DNA from: Salpingoeca rosetta
Taxonomy: Eukaryota > Protista > Choanoflagellata
NCBI GenBank assembly: GCA_033442325.1
Contig: JAWQFM010000023.1
Location: forward strand, 952,259 to 1,016,258
Length of the DNA stretch: 64,000 nt
Direction of reading: 5' to 3'
The notes beneath the pieces were generated by a model that saw only the letters and a program-made list of their open reading frames with translations, did not search any database and had not been told where the DNA came from. How positions within the stretch are numbered: the first letter of the stretch is position 1; each line of letters starts with the position of its first letter. Shown here one piece after another: positions 19,387-32,086 of the stretch. The position numbers were made by a program, and so were the translations under genes.

Positions 19387-20757
19387 CTATATCTGCTCTG
19401 GGCGGAAGCCGGAGCGTTGGCGCTTGTAGATGTTTGTGGTCAACTCGATGGCTTGGATGGAGGAGACAGGGCGTGACGATGTGGCAGAATTGCATGATGT
19501 TGACCCACGCGAGAGCGAGGGTGTTGTGGCCTTTGCTGGTTGCGTGTGCTGCAGCGGGTGGCTGCGAGAAGACTGCTGCGACAGCACAGGGTGGCGCGTG
19601 TCCAAGATGCGCTGCTCGTGCTGGCGGTGCCTGTCTGCGACGGGGGCAGATACGCCGAGCCCAACTGACGCGAATGGCGTGGCGACAAAGCTGCCAACAG
19701 GCCCTTGGTTCTTGAGGTATCTCTCCTCAAACTCGCCAACCGTCATAGTTGACGATGCTGTGCTGTGTGCGGACGACGCGGCGCGGGGAGGTGCCGGTGA
19801 GCGGAGAGATCCACCTGCAAGTCGCGTGTCGGACGCTGATGCAGTGCTGCGCCGACGCGACCCTGGCAGGTTTGCGTTTGTCAGCCAGGGCTTTGCATAC
19901 TGGCGCTGTGGCCGCGATAGGCCGTAGAACTGGCCCGCAGGCTGCTGCCGTTGCTGTTGCTGCTGTTGGAGGCGGCGGGTCTGGACGCCCCAGCCAATGG
20001 CGTCACTTGAGCGGAGCGGGATACGGGCTGTAAAGTACGACTGCTGGCTGGAGGATGTGGACGAGGTGCCCTCGCGCTGGCCCCGACGCGCAGCCGGGCG
20101 GTGGTGGTGGTGGCCATGGTGGCGGTGTCCGTCGCTGGTTGATGGCGTTGCTGTCGCGGCCATGCGCGGGCGCGAGCTTGTTGGACGACTGGATGGCGGG
20201 CGTGTTGAGCGGGCGCTGGCAGCACGGGAGGACGACGCTGATGACGCTGTTGATGATGACGGAGGCGCCGCGTGGCCCCAGCACGCCTTCGCCTTGCTTG
20301 GTGGCCGGCTTGAGCCAGGCCGGGACTCGGGCTTGACGCTTTGCGTGCGGTTGGTCTTTGGGGTTGCCGCGCTGTGGGCTCTGCTGTTGGATGGTGACAG
20401 CGGCATGGGTAATGATGACAGCGCAGCTGCTGATGAGGGTGGTGCAAGCCCGTGCGCGTCATGCTTGGAGTTGTGGCTCTGTCCGTGAGCGTGTGGCTGG
20501 GGTTTGCTTGGCGCAGAGGCTGGCTTGCGCGACTTGCTGCCCTGCCGGTGCTGCCGGTGTTGCTGCTGCTGGTGCTGCTTTCGGTTGACTGCCCGCTCTT
20601 GTTCCATGGTCCGCAAGGTCTCCTCGTCAGCATCCACCATCCACTCGAAGGTGTCCTTCCATCGCTGCTGCGCACACTTCTCCGCATGCACTGCGATCTT
20701 CCATTGCTCATCGTTGCACAGGTACTCGTCGCGTGCACGCAACCGTGTCACGGCCAT
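19387..20757 (-). CDS. Single-exon low-complexity protein with an LLC1/C20orf85 (CIMIP1)-like ciliary microtubule-inner-protein motif
   Basis: ATG at 20757, 456 codons. The N-terminal NDEQWKIAVHAEKCAQQRWKDTFEWM and the downstream IPLRSSDAIGW resemble the D-x-x-W...E...W-x-x-x-W/F and P-x-T/S-x-x-x-IGW motifs of the C20orf85/C2orf50 family (recognised from memory). Confidence 0.6.
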   Translation of the reverse strand: MAVTRLRARDEYLCNDEQWKIAVHAEKCAQQRWKDTFEWMVDADEETLRTMEQERAVNRKQHQQQQHRQHRQGSKSRKPASAPSKPQPHAHGQSHNSKHDAHGLAPPSSAAALSSLPMPLSPSNSRAHSAATPKTNRTQSVKPESRPGSSRPPSKAKACWGHAAPPSSSTASSASSSRAASARSTRPPSSRPTSSRPRMAATATPSTSDGHRHHGHHHHRPAARRGQREGTSSTSSSQQSYFTARIPLRSSDAIGWGVQTRRLQQQQQQRQQPAGQFYGLSRPQRQYAKPWLTNANLPGSRRRSTASASDTRLAGGSLRSPAPPRAASSAHSTASSTMTVGEFEERYLKNQGPVGSFVATPFASVGLGVSAPVADRHRQHEQRILDTRHPVLSQQSSRSHPLQHTQPAKATTPSLSRGSTSCNSATSSRPVSSIQAIELTTNIYKRQRSGFRPEQI

Positions 20758-20846
20758 TGTCGCGGTGTGTGAGTATGTGTGCGTATGTGTGCGTGTGTGC
20801 GTGTGTGTGTGTGTCTGTGTGTGTGTCTGTGTGTGTGTCTGTGTGT

Positions 20847-20887
<41 letters not shown>

Positions 20888-21495
20888 TGTGTGTGTGTGT
20901 GAGTGTGTGTGTGTGTGCGAGGTAGGTTGAGGGGTAAGACAAGTTGGCTGAGGCTCTGTATGTACGATCCAGCGGGTGCGAGAGAGAGAGTGTGTGTGTG
21001 GATGTGTGCTTGCGTGTGTGAGAGTGTGTCGTCAACCACCGCGATGGTGGTGGCGGTCAAGGCGCGGCCGGTTTGGGAGGACGGCGAGGCAACCCAGCAA
21101 GCAAGCAAGGTCGGTGTGGTTGGCCTCACTGGCTGGCTGGTGTGTGTGTGTGTGTATTGGGTGTTGTTGTCAGCGAAGAAAGAAGGAAAAAACAAAACGC
21201 CACACATTCCTTCGCGCAAACACTGACAACTTTGCACGAGCAACATGTGCGTGTGTGTGTGTGTGTGTGTTTGTTTGCTTGTTTGGGGCAAACGTGTTGT
21301 TGCTTGGACGTGTGACGCAAGCGAGACGTATCGACTCGCAGCACTGTGATTGGGCCGTTTAATGCTGATATCCTTGACATCAAAGAAGAAGAAGAACAAG
21401 AACAAGAAGCGAAGCACGCTGACAACACAAACGAGCAGCGAATAACAAAACAAAAGTGCGTGTGTGTGTGTGTGATTGGCAAGCTGCCATCACGC

Positions 21496-22864
21496 TCAGG
21501 TGCTGCGTCTGCATATGTTAAAGACGCTCTTGCTGGGATCAATCCCCAAGAACACACACGACAGGTCGGCGGAAGAAGAAGAAGAAGAAGAAGAAGAAGA
21601 AGAAGAAGAAGAAGAAGAAGAAGAAGAAGAAGAAGAAGCAGCAGGGGGAGCAAGCAAAGAGGAGGGTGGGAAGGGCGGCTGTGCGTGTGACACGGGCGCT
21701 GATGTGGGAGTGCTCGTGGCTCGAAGCGGCATCGGCTGCGACAGCTGTGGCGGCTGTAGTGGTGGTGGCAGGCATGTTGACGTTGGTGGTGGCGCTACTG
21801 TTGTTGATGATGGTTGCGGCTGCTCTCTTGTGCTGGCAGTTGTGTCGTGCTGGTCAACACCCTCATCGGTGCTGCCTGCACCCGTGACTGCATGAGGGAG
21901 CGGAAGTGTGGGCACTGCCACTGCTGCGGTGGTCGCGATCGGGTGGTGTGCTGCTGCTGCTGCTGACTTCAACTGTGACGGTGCGGTGACGCCGATGAGC
22001 TCCTCCCGTTTCTGCTTTCCCCGCAACAGCACAGCCGTTAGCGCATTCAGCGACACCTGCTGCTCCTGTCGTTGCTGCATCAGCTCCTCTTCGCTGGCTC
22101 CCCCACTCCCCGACACCTTGCCATCCCCCAACCCATCGCCTTCATCACCTGGCCCCTTTCCTTTTCCCTTTCCTTTATCGCCCTCCTCCTTTTCCTCCTT
22201 CTCATCATCGTCATCATCGTCATCATCGTCATCATCGCCACCAAAGAGATCAAAGTCGAATGTAGGCGTCGGTGGCCGCTGCATCTCAACACCACCGCCG
22301 CCGCCACCGCCTGCCGTAGAAGCTGTTGCCACAACCACCTCCTCCCCCAGCTGCTGTTGGTGTCCTTGGGGTTGTTGCTGTGTAAGCTGTGACCCCTGTT
22401 CACCATTGGCGCTGCTGCTGCTGCTGCTACTGTTGGCGGCGGTGTGTTGCTGCTTTTCTCGTTCCGCCACGGCCTCTGCATAGCCGGGGTCATGCTGCTT
22501 GATGCGCAGGTACCCTTGCAGATCGCGTGCCAGCCGCGCATGCTGCTCCGTGGTGAGCGGGTCGTGCGAGAACCGACACGCATCAACGGTGCAGCCGACG
22601 GTGAAGAAGTAGCGGCAGGGCAGCTGCTTGAGGTCGTGTGAGTACAGGCACGCGTCCCCCTTGCGGCATGTGTTGGCGAGGAAATACTTGCACACCTCCG
22701 TCTTTCGCTCCTGTTCCACGTCGTGGGAGAACGCGCAGTCGTCCCTGTGGCACGCGCCGTGCATGTAGAACTTGCATGGCACTGCTGCCTTTCCTGTTTT
22801 GGCAGGTGGACTCGATGTCCGCTGTTGGGCGCGTTGACGACCCCTTCGCTTCCGTCCTCCTCGT

Positions 22865-22924
<60 letters not shown>

Positions 22925-22999
22925 TGCTGTTGTTGTTGTTGTTGTTGTTGCTGCTGCTGCTGCTGTTGTTGTTGTTGTTGTTGTTGCTGCTGCTGCTGC

Positions 23000-23030
<31 letters not shown>

Positions 23031-23052
23031 GCTGTTGTTGTTGTTGTTGTTG
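21496..23052 (-). CDS. Tandem CCCH zinc-finger RNA-binding protein (ZC3H4/6/8-like), 3' portion
   Basis: Three CCCH fingers: CKFYMHGACHRDDCAFSH, CKYFLANTCRKGDACLYSH, CRYFFTVGCTVDACRFSH. They are preceded by a poly-Q of at least 60 residues running into the gap at 23053-23152. Stop at 21496. Confidence 0.85.
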
Positions 23053-23191
23053 NNNNNNNNNNNNNNNNNNNNNNNNNNNNNNNNNNNNNNNNNNNNNNNN
23101 NNNNNNNNNNNNNNNNNNNNNNNNNNNNNNNNNNNNNNNNNNNNNNNNNNNNAACCAGCGCTGACATTGCCCACCACCATCACCGCCACGC

Positions 23192-24423
23192 TCAGCACTC
23201 GAAACTGCTGTTGTTGGGCGTGCACGCTGGTGTGGTGCTGCACACAACAGCGCCACGCTCGCCAGAGAAGACACCTGCACGCGTGGCACGTATTCTCCCT
23301 GCAAACGCCCGTCCCGTTGATGTGGATGACAGCGACAACATGCGGGGCTTGCGTTGCCTTGCTGCTGCTGCTGCTGGTGGTGTCGATTGTGCATGTGGCG
23401 CTGATGTCGCCGCCGCTGTTGCTGCTCCTGTTGTTGCTGCTGCTGCTGATGATGATGATGATGGCATCACCGTCGGCGTTGCCGTTGGCGTCAATCTTGT
23501 TGTGGGCGCACGTGTTGAAGCTGCTTTCGCTGTGGTGGCATCCGAAGGCCCTCCTTCTGCTGGTGTGCGAGATTGTGGTTGCAGCAGCTGCTGGTTTGCG
23601 GCCTGATCGACAGGTTTGCTGCTGCCCACTAGCGGTGGCCTGCCAGCGCCAAGACGAGCAGTCGTGTGCGGTTGCAGGGCAGGTCGTGCTGTGCCCAGCC
23701 GCGCTCGCTTGGCCTTCATCTCCCCACGGTTCGACGCGGTAGACGCATGTGGTGTTGAGGATGTGGTGTGGGGGCTTGTGGCGTGGGAGCCTGTAGCGTG
23801 GGAGGCTGCCAGCGCTGGTCGGCCCCGCCCCAGCGACGTCAATCGCGCTGTTGGTGTTGTTGCAGATGACGACGGCTGAGCACTCTGCGCGGACTTGGTG
23901 GTGCATGTTGGGGCGTTCGTTGCTGTCGTTGCTGACGACTTGATTTGCGGTCTTCCACGTCCAAGTTGTAGCTGGGAGGGGTTGTGTGCCAAACGTGGTG
24001 AAGGCGAGGATGTCATCTGCATCTCACTTGTTCTTCTCCTGCATCTTTTGCTCGTTGTGCCCGTTGCTTTTGCTGCTGCTGCTGCTTTTGCTGCTGCTGC
24101 TGTTGTTGTTGTTGTTGTTGATGTCATCTGCATCTCACTTGTTCTTCTCCTGCATCTTTTGCTCGTTGTGCCCGTTGCTTTTGCTGCTGCTGCTGCTTTT
24201 GCTGCTGCTGCTGTTGTTGTTGTTGTTGTTGTTGTTGTTGCTGTTGTCGGAGGTTTAATGGCCACACCAGCACCACCACTAGAAGCACCACGATGACGCA
24301 GCTGCGGTCTCCCCTTTCCCAATGGCTTTGGCCTCGACCCACCTGTCATTGCCAGTGTTTTGGCTGTCGTGGCAGTCGCTGTGACATCGCAGCTCAAACC
24401 ACCACCACGATCACCACGATCAC

Positions 24424-24458
<35 letters not shown>

Positions 24459-24721
24459 CGTTTGAGCTGCGGCCTCCCACGCCCAAAACCAGTCCCTGAA
24501 GCTGGCGCTGTTGCTGCTGTGCCGGGCGGGATCCTGCCCCCGAGATTCCTCGTCACAGTGCTACTCGCATGATGATCGCTCCCGCTACCACTGCCGCTGT
24601 CCGTGCTACCGCTCCCGCTCCCACCAGCCGTGGTCGTGGTCGGTGTCGGTGTTGGTGTCGTTTGCAGCGTGCCACCACCAGCCGCACGTCGTAGTCGCGG
24701 CCGACCTTTGCCCAGCATCAT
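23192..24721 (-). CDS. Basic Ala/Thr-rich ORF with seven (L/F)GxGRP-type repeats; probably the 5' part of the CCCH gene
   Basis: A 509-aa open frame starting MMLGKGRPRLRR, on the same strand directly upstream of the CCCH exon. The link across a stop at 23192 and the gap is unresolved. Confidence 0.55.
24009..24230. repeat. In-frame 111-bp tandem duplication (37 aa)
   Basis: The unit beginning GATGTCATCTGCATCTCACTTGTTC starts at 24009 and again at 24120. Confidence 0.9.
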
Positions 24722-24968
24722 TACTTACTACGTTTTATGCTGTGTTTTTTATTATTCTGGATTTGGAATGGTGGCGAAAGATGCGGTCATTTTTCGCCGT
24801 GGCACTTCCCCAAAACGGCAACAGCCAAAACAAGCGACGGCCAACCAACCAACACGCCAACTATTCCACCAACACACCAGCACACGCAGCGTCGTCCGGC
24901 CGCTTGCTGTTTTGGGTTTTGTTGTTGTCTCATCGCCTCCAAAGTCCAAGGTGAAGAACGTGAGCGCC

Positions 24969-25988
24969 ATGCCAAGGCAAGTCGGCGCGGCAGGCGGCGA
25001 TCAACAGCCCCTCTCATCGTCAGCAACAACACCAACAACAACAACAACAACACCAACAGCAACAACAGCAATAGCAACAACAGTACCAATACCAACAATA
25101 CCAACAACACCGCCAACACCAGCTTCTACCCCGACACAGCACCGCTTTGGTGGCCCAAGCGTGTATGATTCCACACAACAACAACCGCAGCAGCACCAGC
25201 AGGTGTCATCCATTCCATCATCGTCGCTTCGCTCGGCAGGAGCCCAGAGCTCCTTCCTGCCACCTGCCTTGAGCCAGCCCGACTTTCCGCGCTCCAGCTC
25301 TGCACAGGGCGTGTACGACACCCTGTTCAGCCCAACGTCTTCCGCAATGCCGCAAGGGCAGCCGTGGCAGGCCGCCAGCCCCACCTACTCGATCCCAGGC
25401 ACAGGCCAGCTTGGTGCAAGTGACATGGTGTCCGCAATTGTCACGGCTGCCCCCACCATGAACCCGGCACTGGCCAGCTTTCCCATGAACAGAGGGTACT
25501 ATGACCCAGCCATGCTGGCAGATGCCGGTGGCATGCCCGCACGACCCAAGAAGCACAAGCGAAAGAAGGCCAAGAAGCAGAAGAAGCGCCGCAAGCGGTC
25601 GAAGCCACACTCGCCGGAAAGCGTGCCCGATGCCAGCGGTGGTGTCTACTCCTATGACCCGATGGTCATGTCACCCGCTGGCATGCATGCCCAATTTCCC
25701 GCTTATGGGCAGTCGTCATCATCGTCATCTGCAGCAGCAGCAGCGTACCGCGGGCAGCAGCAGCACTACGCTTATCCCCATCCCGTGGCAGCTGGTGTAT
25801 CGGGTGAGTACATGGCTTCATCGCCCAACCCGGCAGGCCTGACGCCCGCCCATCGTGGTTACCGCACGCCTCCGTCTGGCGCTCCCCCCTCCATGACCAT
25901 GGACCCGTACCAGCCTCAGCAGAGGGACTTTCAGCAAGGAACATTCTCGTTCCATCCACATGTGCCCAACATGCAACAACAACAACAA

Positions 25989-26020
<32 letters not shown>

Positions 26021-26553
26021 CAAGAAGGGTGGGAATGGACGCGGCAGCGCGGGTGCCGTGAATGGCGGTGATGATGATGACGGCGACGACGACGACGATG
26101 ATGATGATGAGGCCATGTTTGGCACGGCACAGAGCGAGCTGCTGCAAGGGCCTGGCATACACCGCAGCCGCCAGCATCAATCAAAGTCATCGGTGTCAAA
26201 TGCCAACCCAGACGCCACCACGGCACCCAAGCAGCCTAACCAGGGCGGCACTGTTGCGTCGACAGCCACGCCGACGGTCAACCACCCTCCACCCGCGCGC
26301 ACGTCAAAGCTGCCGCAGAACCGGCGGGGCAAGGTGCAGATCAAGTACATTGAGAACGCGCCGAAGCGGTACGTGTGCTTCACCAAGCGCAAGGCTGGCC
26401 TGATGAAGAAGGCCCATGAGCTGAGCGTGCTGACGGGCACGGAGGTGCTACTTGTGATTGCGTCTCCGGCAGGAAGCATCTTCACCTTCTCGACACCGCG
26501 GCTGCGACCCCTCATCGCAAAGCCAGCAAGTGAGTCGCGCGCGTGTGTCTGTG

Positions 26554-26597
<44 letters not shown>

Positions 26598-27012
26598 CGT
26601 GTGTGTGTGTGTGTGTCTATCTGTGTCTGTGCGTGTGTGTGTGTCTGTGTCTGTGTCTGTGTCTGTGTCTGTGTCTGTGTGTGTGTGTGGGAGTTGTGTG
26701 AGTAGGCATGTTGTATGTGAAGCATGCCACAACTGTGTGTGAAACATGTGACCACAGTGTGTGCCACCATGACTAGTTGCTCGCCATTTCTGTACGTTTC
26801 CTCACCTCGTCCTCCACCATCAACCACCACCCTCCTCTCCCACACCAGACCGGGAGCGGCTGCAGCGGTACCTGTGCTGCGATGTCGACGATGACGGTGT
26901 GCGCATCCCCATGTCCGATGACAGCGATTATGAGGACGATGCAGAGTTTGAGGCTAACACGCGCAACCGTTCGGGCGCTAACCAGACCTCTGGCCCACAG
27001 GGAGAAGCGTGA
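24969..27012 (+). CDS. SRF: SRF/Mcm1-type (type I) MADS-box transcription factor, 2 exons
   Basis: MADS domain RRGKVQIKYIENAPKRYVCFTKRKAGLMKKAHELSVLTGTEVLLVIASPAGSIFTFSTPRLRPLI. A phase-1 intron (about 26530-26848) leads to NRERLQRYLCC (SAM-helix-like) and TGA at 27012. The ATG at 24969 is inferred. Confidence 0.9.
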
Positions 27013-27608
27013 GTGCGCGCATATGACAGAATGAACCGGCTCATGCCACGATGGCATTTGTTACATTGGCAGTGGGCAAACATGTGTTACTGGATTTTGT
27101 TGTTGTGAGTCGCATCATGTAATGTGACGTTACGTGTGACTCTCAAGTGTTGTTATCAAACAAAGTGGCCCACTTCCTCAAGCAACATATGCTGCGTATT
27201 GCGTGCGTACGTGTATGCGTGTGCGTGCGTGTGCGTGTGCGTGTGCGTAAGGTCGAGGGCACGTGTGATGGTAGTTCATCGTTTATAGTTCTTTCCCTCT
27301 TTCTGATAGTTGACTGTTCCTCAAACGAATGTTTGCTGCTTAGCAGCGACACCCCCCCCCCCTTTTCAAGCGAATACACGAAGCACAAATGTCAATGCGT
27401 GGCTGTGACAGACACCATGTAACAAGGTCTCTCTAAAACCACCCACCTACTAAGTGAAGACGCTACGCTACAGAAGAAGCAGCAGGAATCAAATCGACAC
27501 CACAAACGCGCGCACACTCCACAAACACACACACACACACACACACTCCTACAAGCGACTGGGCCATGAGTCATGTCCTTGAACGTGACAGGTGCCACAA
27601 TCAGCGCC

Positions 27609-28779
27609 TCACTTCTGCTTGCCCTTCTTGCTGCCCTTCTTCTTGTTCTTCTTCTTCTTCGCCTGCACGCTGAAACGTGACTGCAGCATCTCGTCCAGCA
27701 GCGAAATCAGTGTTTCGATGCCGTACACAAACCCATGGTCAACGCCCCTGTCGCGTATACGTACATGTGAGAGAGTGTGTGTGAGTGAGTGTGTGTGTGT
27801 GTGTGTGTGTTCGTCTGTGTGTTTGGCAGATGGATGAAGATAAGTTTCATGGATGACAAGCACAAATGCACCTTGTTCAACGCACACACGCATATACACA
27901 CGCACGCACGCACACACGCACACACGCACACACGCAAACATTTTACGCACGGTTTTCCGTCTGGGTCGACCGGCGTGGACGTGCGGGCAAAGTCAATGAG
28001 ACGCAACTCCACGCGATTGTCCTGCACGTGATCCGGGTGGTGGCCCTCGTACACAATCAGCAGACTCGTCGAGTAGAACCTGCAGCCGTGGTGATGAAGA
28101 TGACCACGGTAGTGGTGATTCATGGTGATGGTTGGTGATGATTCATGGTGATGGTGGTGGAACCAGGTGCTTGGTAAGATTGTGATGTGCATGTAAATGT
28201 AAATGTCAGTTGTGACCTGCACGATACAAGAGCAGCACAAACACGACAGCACAACATCGCAATGGGTGCACGACGCACCGAAACCCGTCGAGTTTGAGTG
28301 CGTCTTCCTTCAACTCCTGCAGGCGGCGGTGCAAATTCTCAATCACTTTCCACCGAATGCCGCACCCGTTGTCAAAGAACTGCTTCAAACACAGATCCTG
28401 TCACCCACAATCGCAAATGTGCAAAGAATTTGAGGTGGTTGTTGGTTGGTGATTTGGGAGGGGGTGGATGGGGTACTTGGGTTGGTTGATTGGTTACCAT
28501 GTCTTGATCAAACACGTGCAACACCCACATGCGAGGACCGTTCAAACATACACACACACAAACCCACAACCATACATGTGCTGTCAACGCACTTTGAAAG
28601 TGTGTCGCTTGATCTTGCGTCCAAACAGCTTGTCCCAGACCTTGTACCTGCTGGTTGGCGTGGAATACACGCGCATACCGCAGCACCGCACCCCCATAGA
28701 CGCCGATGTTGTTTCGCGGCACTTTTCAATCTGCTTCAGGCGTTTCTCCAACGGCGCATCGTCCGTGTGCTGTCGCCGC

Positions 28780-28848
<69 letters not shown>

Positions 28849-29694
28849 ATGAGGATATCTGCTTCGCCCAACAGTCGCAGCTCTGCCATGTATCATCCTC
28901 CAGAACACAAGCAACAACAACCACCACAACAACCACCACAACAACAACCACAACGACGACAACAGCAGCAAATCGCTCCCGCTCCAACCACCAACAACGA
29001 GTGCAACCAGCGCGTGTCCAAATCTCATACCCATCTTGAGGTCGAGGATGCACGGGTGCTTGAATTCAGCCACGAGGTTCTCCAGCACAAGAAACACCTG
29101 GCCCCTCACATTCGCCCCCTCACGAATGGGTGACGTGGTGCCGGACGTGATGTCCGCTGCTGACGTGACATTTGCTGCTGACGTGACATTTGTTGCTGCT
29201 GCTGCTGCTGCTGTTGGCGATGGTGCGATTGCCGGCGGTGATGGTGGCTGCATTTCAAGGCCTGTGGACGTCGATGTGACTGACGACTCGAGAAGGTGTT
29301 GCGACGACGAGGAAGACAGCGGCTCGCCCGTGTACGCGCTGCTGCTGGTGCTGCTCGCAACAGTAGCAGCGGTGGGGGTGGTGCGGCGTAAGCTGTCGTC
29401 ATCAATATCATCTGCATCCGAGACAGTGATGGATGGACGGCGAGATTGTGTCGTGCGGCGGCTGCCTGCGGGTGTAAATATGCGCGTGTGTGTGTGTATG
29501 TGCGTGTGTGCAGGTGCATGTGTGTGTGTCAAACTTCTGAAAGTGTGCACGTGTGGGTGCAAGTGCGTGTGTAAACCAACACAGCACACACCGACACAGC
29601 ACACAGCAGAATTGCAGCAAAGACATTCGTACGTGGCACGTCGTCGTACTCTTCACCAAGCACCTCTGACAGCAGATCCTTTGTCTGAACACGC

Positions 29695-29740
<46 letters not shown>

Positions 29741-32054
29741 CGTGAAGCGTCAACAAATGCGAACATCGAAGGGACACACACAGCACCAAGTAAAGGGAGC
29801 ATGCACAGAGAAACACGTGTACACGCACACACAGACACACGCACACGCACACGCACACGCACACACACACACACACACACGAAGATCTGCGCGCACGGTA
29901 CTAGCAGACCACCAACCACAAGCAGCACTGCAAGCACCACGCCATCCCCCCCCCCCAGCAGGAAGACGCGGCCACCGACCTCCTTGAGAGCAACGAGAGC
30001 GTTGTCGAGGATGAAGCGTGCCTCGCGCTTCATGGCGGTGTGCACAGGCTCATCGCCATCATTGTCGTCATCTGATGCCGCCGCAACGGCGGGGGCAAGC
30101 GCAGCGAGCAACCCACTCTCCTCGGGGCCTACGTGATCGTGGTTGGTTGGTTGGTTGGTTAGTTGGTTAGTTGGAGAGGGAGAGGAGAAATGGAGGGGAT
30201 AGTGCGCATACGTACACATGCACACATGCACATGATCATGAGCACAGTGATTGTGCTGTTGGTGATGCTTTTGTTGGTAGCAGTGATAGTACGGTGTTGC
30301 ACGAAAATACATGGGTGCAGTCGCTGACGCGCGCGAGCAACGTGACATCCAGAGAACGACAAACAAGTTCCATTCCCCTCCCACATACACACACACACAT
30401 TTCCCACACGACAACGTGTGGCCACAGGCACGGACTGACTTGGCCTCTCGTTGACACGATCCACAAGGGCATTCTTCCACTGCGTGAAGATTGGACGCTG
30501 CATGAAGTAGAAAGGAAGCAGCGTGCCCGTCTTCGTGACCAGCGCAATTGCATGGCCTTTGCGCTGCAGCAGTGGTGGCAATAGCGGTGGTGGTGGTGGC
30601 AGTGGTGGTGGTGGTGGTACATGGTGGTGTGATGCGGAGTGTTAGAGGTGGGCGCTGCGTGCCAAGGTATGGATGAGGAGACACAAGAAAAGCAAGCAAC
30701 AACTGAAAACACTTCAACGAGAACAACGAAACCAGCACCAGCCACCAAATGCTGTGCGGTGGAAAATTCGCAGTGCCGTACATGTGTGAGTACTGCACCT
30801 GTGGCCAGGAGATGGCAGTGAGCCGCTTGTCGTGCGAGAGGATGACGTCTTTGCACTCGGCCACGTCAACTTGGCCCAGCGGCGCTGCGGTCCCGACTGC
30901 CAGGACGACGTGCCTGTGCCAGTACAGCACGTTCTGTTGGGGCGGGGGCGGCGACGCGTGTGGAAGCGGGTTAGAGTTGGGGTGAACCGGTAGTGCGTAG
31001 AACATCACGCGAGAAAAGGGGCATGATAGAGAGCACATGCACGCACGCACACATGCACACGCACACGCACAAGCAAACACGCACACATGCACGCACACGC
31101 ACACATACGCACATGCACACCCTTACACACAAACACGCAGCGCCACCTCCCCTCTCCCTGACGACTGCCAAGCAGCGCGTGCCCGTACGTCCTGCAAGAG
31201 AAGAAAGCGACGGCGCCACTGGCCGTCTGGGGAGAGCATGAGCGCTGTGCCCGTGATGGCCGGTGCCTTGGGGACGTGACGACGTTGGCGCGGTGACCCG
31301 CGGGTCGGCGTGTGCACGGGGGTGGCACGACGGCTGGTGACGGGCGATGCATTGAGCGAGCGGAAGCGCACCACCTCTGGCAGCTGCTCTTCCTGTGCAG
31401 CCTCAAGCTCCGCCCGCTGTTTCTGCAGCGCACGCATTTGCGACTGGCGGTGGTCGTGGTGGTGATGATCGTAGGTGGTCGTAGCAGTGGTGATGGGGAT
31501 GAGATGGTTGTGGGAAGCGATGGAGGGGGGGGGGGAGGGTGCACATCGACATTCAAGCGTGAGTAAGAGAGTGGGAAGAGGGGCTGCGAGCGTTCGTGTT
31601 CCCCACCTCTGTTCTGTTGATGAAGTTGACACGTTCGTAGCGCTCCGGAAGATGGGTGGTCCACGTGCGATCAAGCAGCTGCGTGTCGTCGTCGTTCACA
31701 TCGTCCTCTTCGCAACCAAACGCATACACACAAGGCATGAAGGTGACAGTGTGAGGGGCGCAAGGGTTCGATGGAAAGCCAATAAACATATCCACACATG
31801 TATGCACACGCAACACGCACCACGCAACACGCACCACACACATAAAACATATCAACATGAACACGTATGCACACAGACACACACAACGCACAACACAAGT
31901 GCACATACACGCATGCACATGCATGTGTAACCTCACCTTCGCTCTCGGGCGGTTGCTGGTCTGCTTCCTTCACAAACACCTGGTGATAATACGCTGGAAT
32001 CCATTTCCTGAGAATGGCAAACTGGCCCGCGTAGCCTGTGTTGTGGCCTGTGTG

Positions 32055-32086
<32 letters not shown>

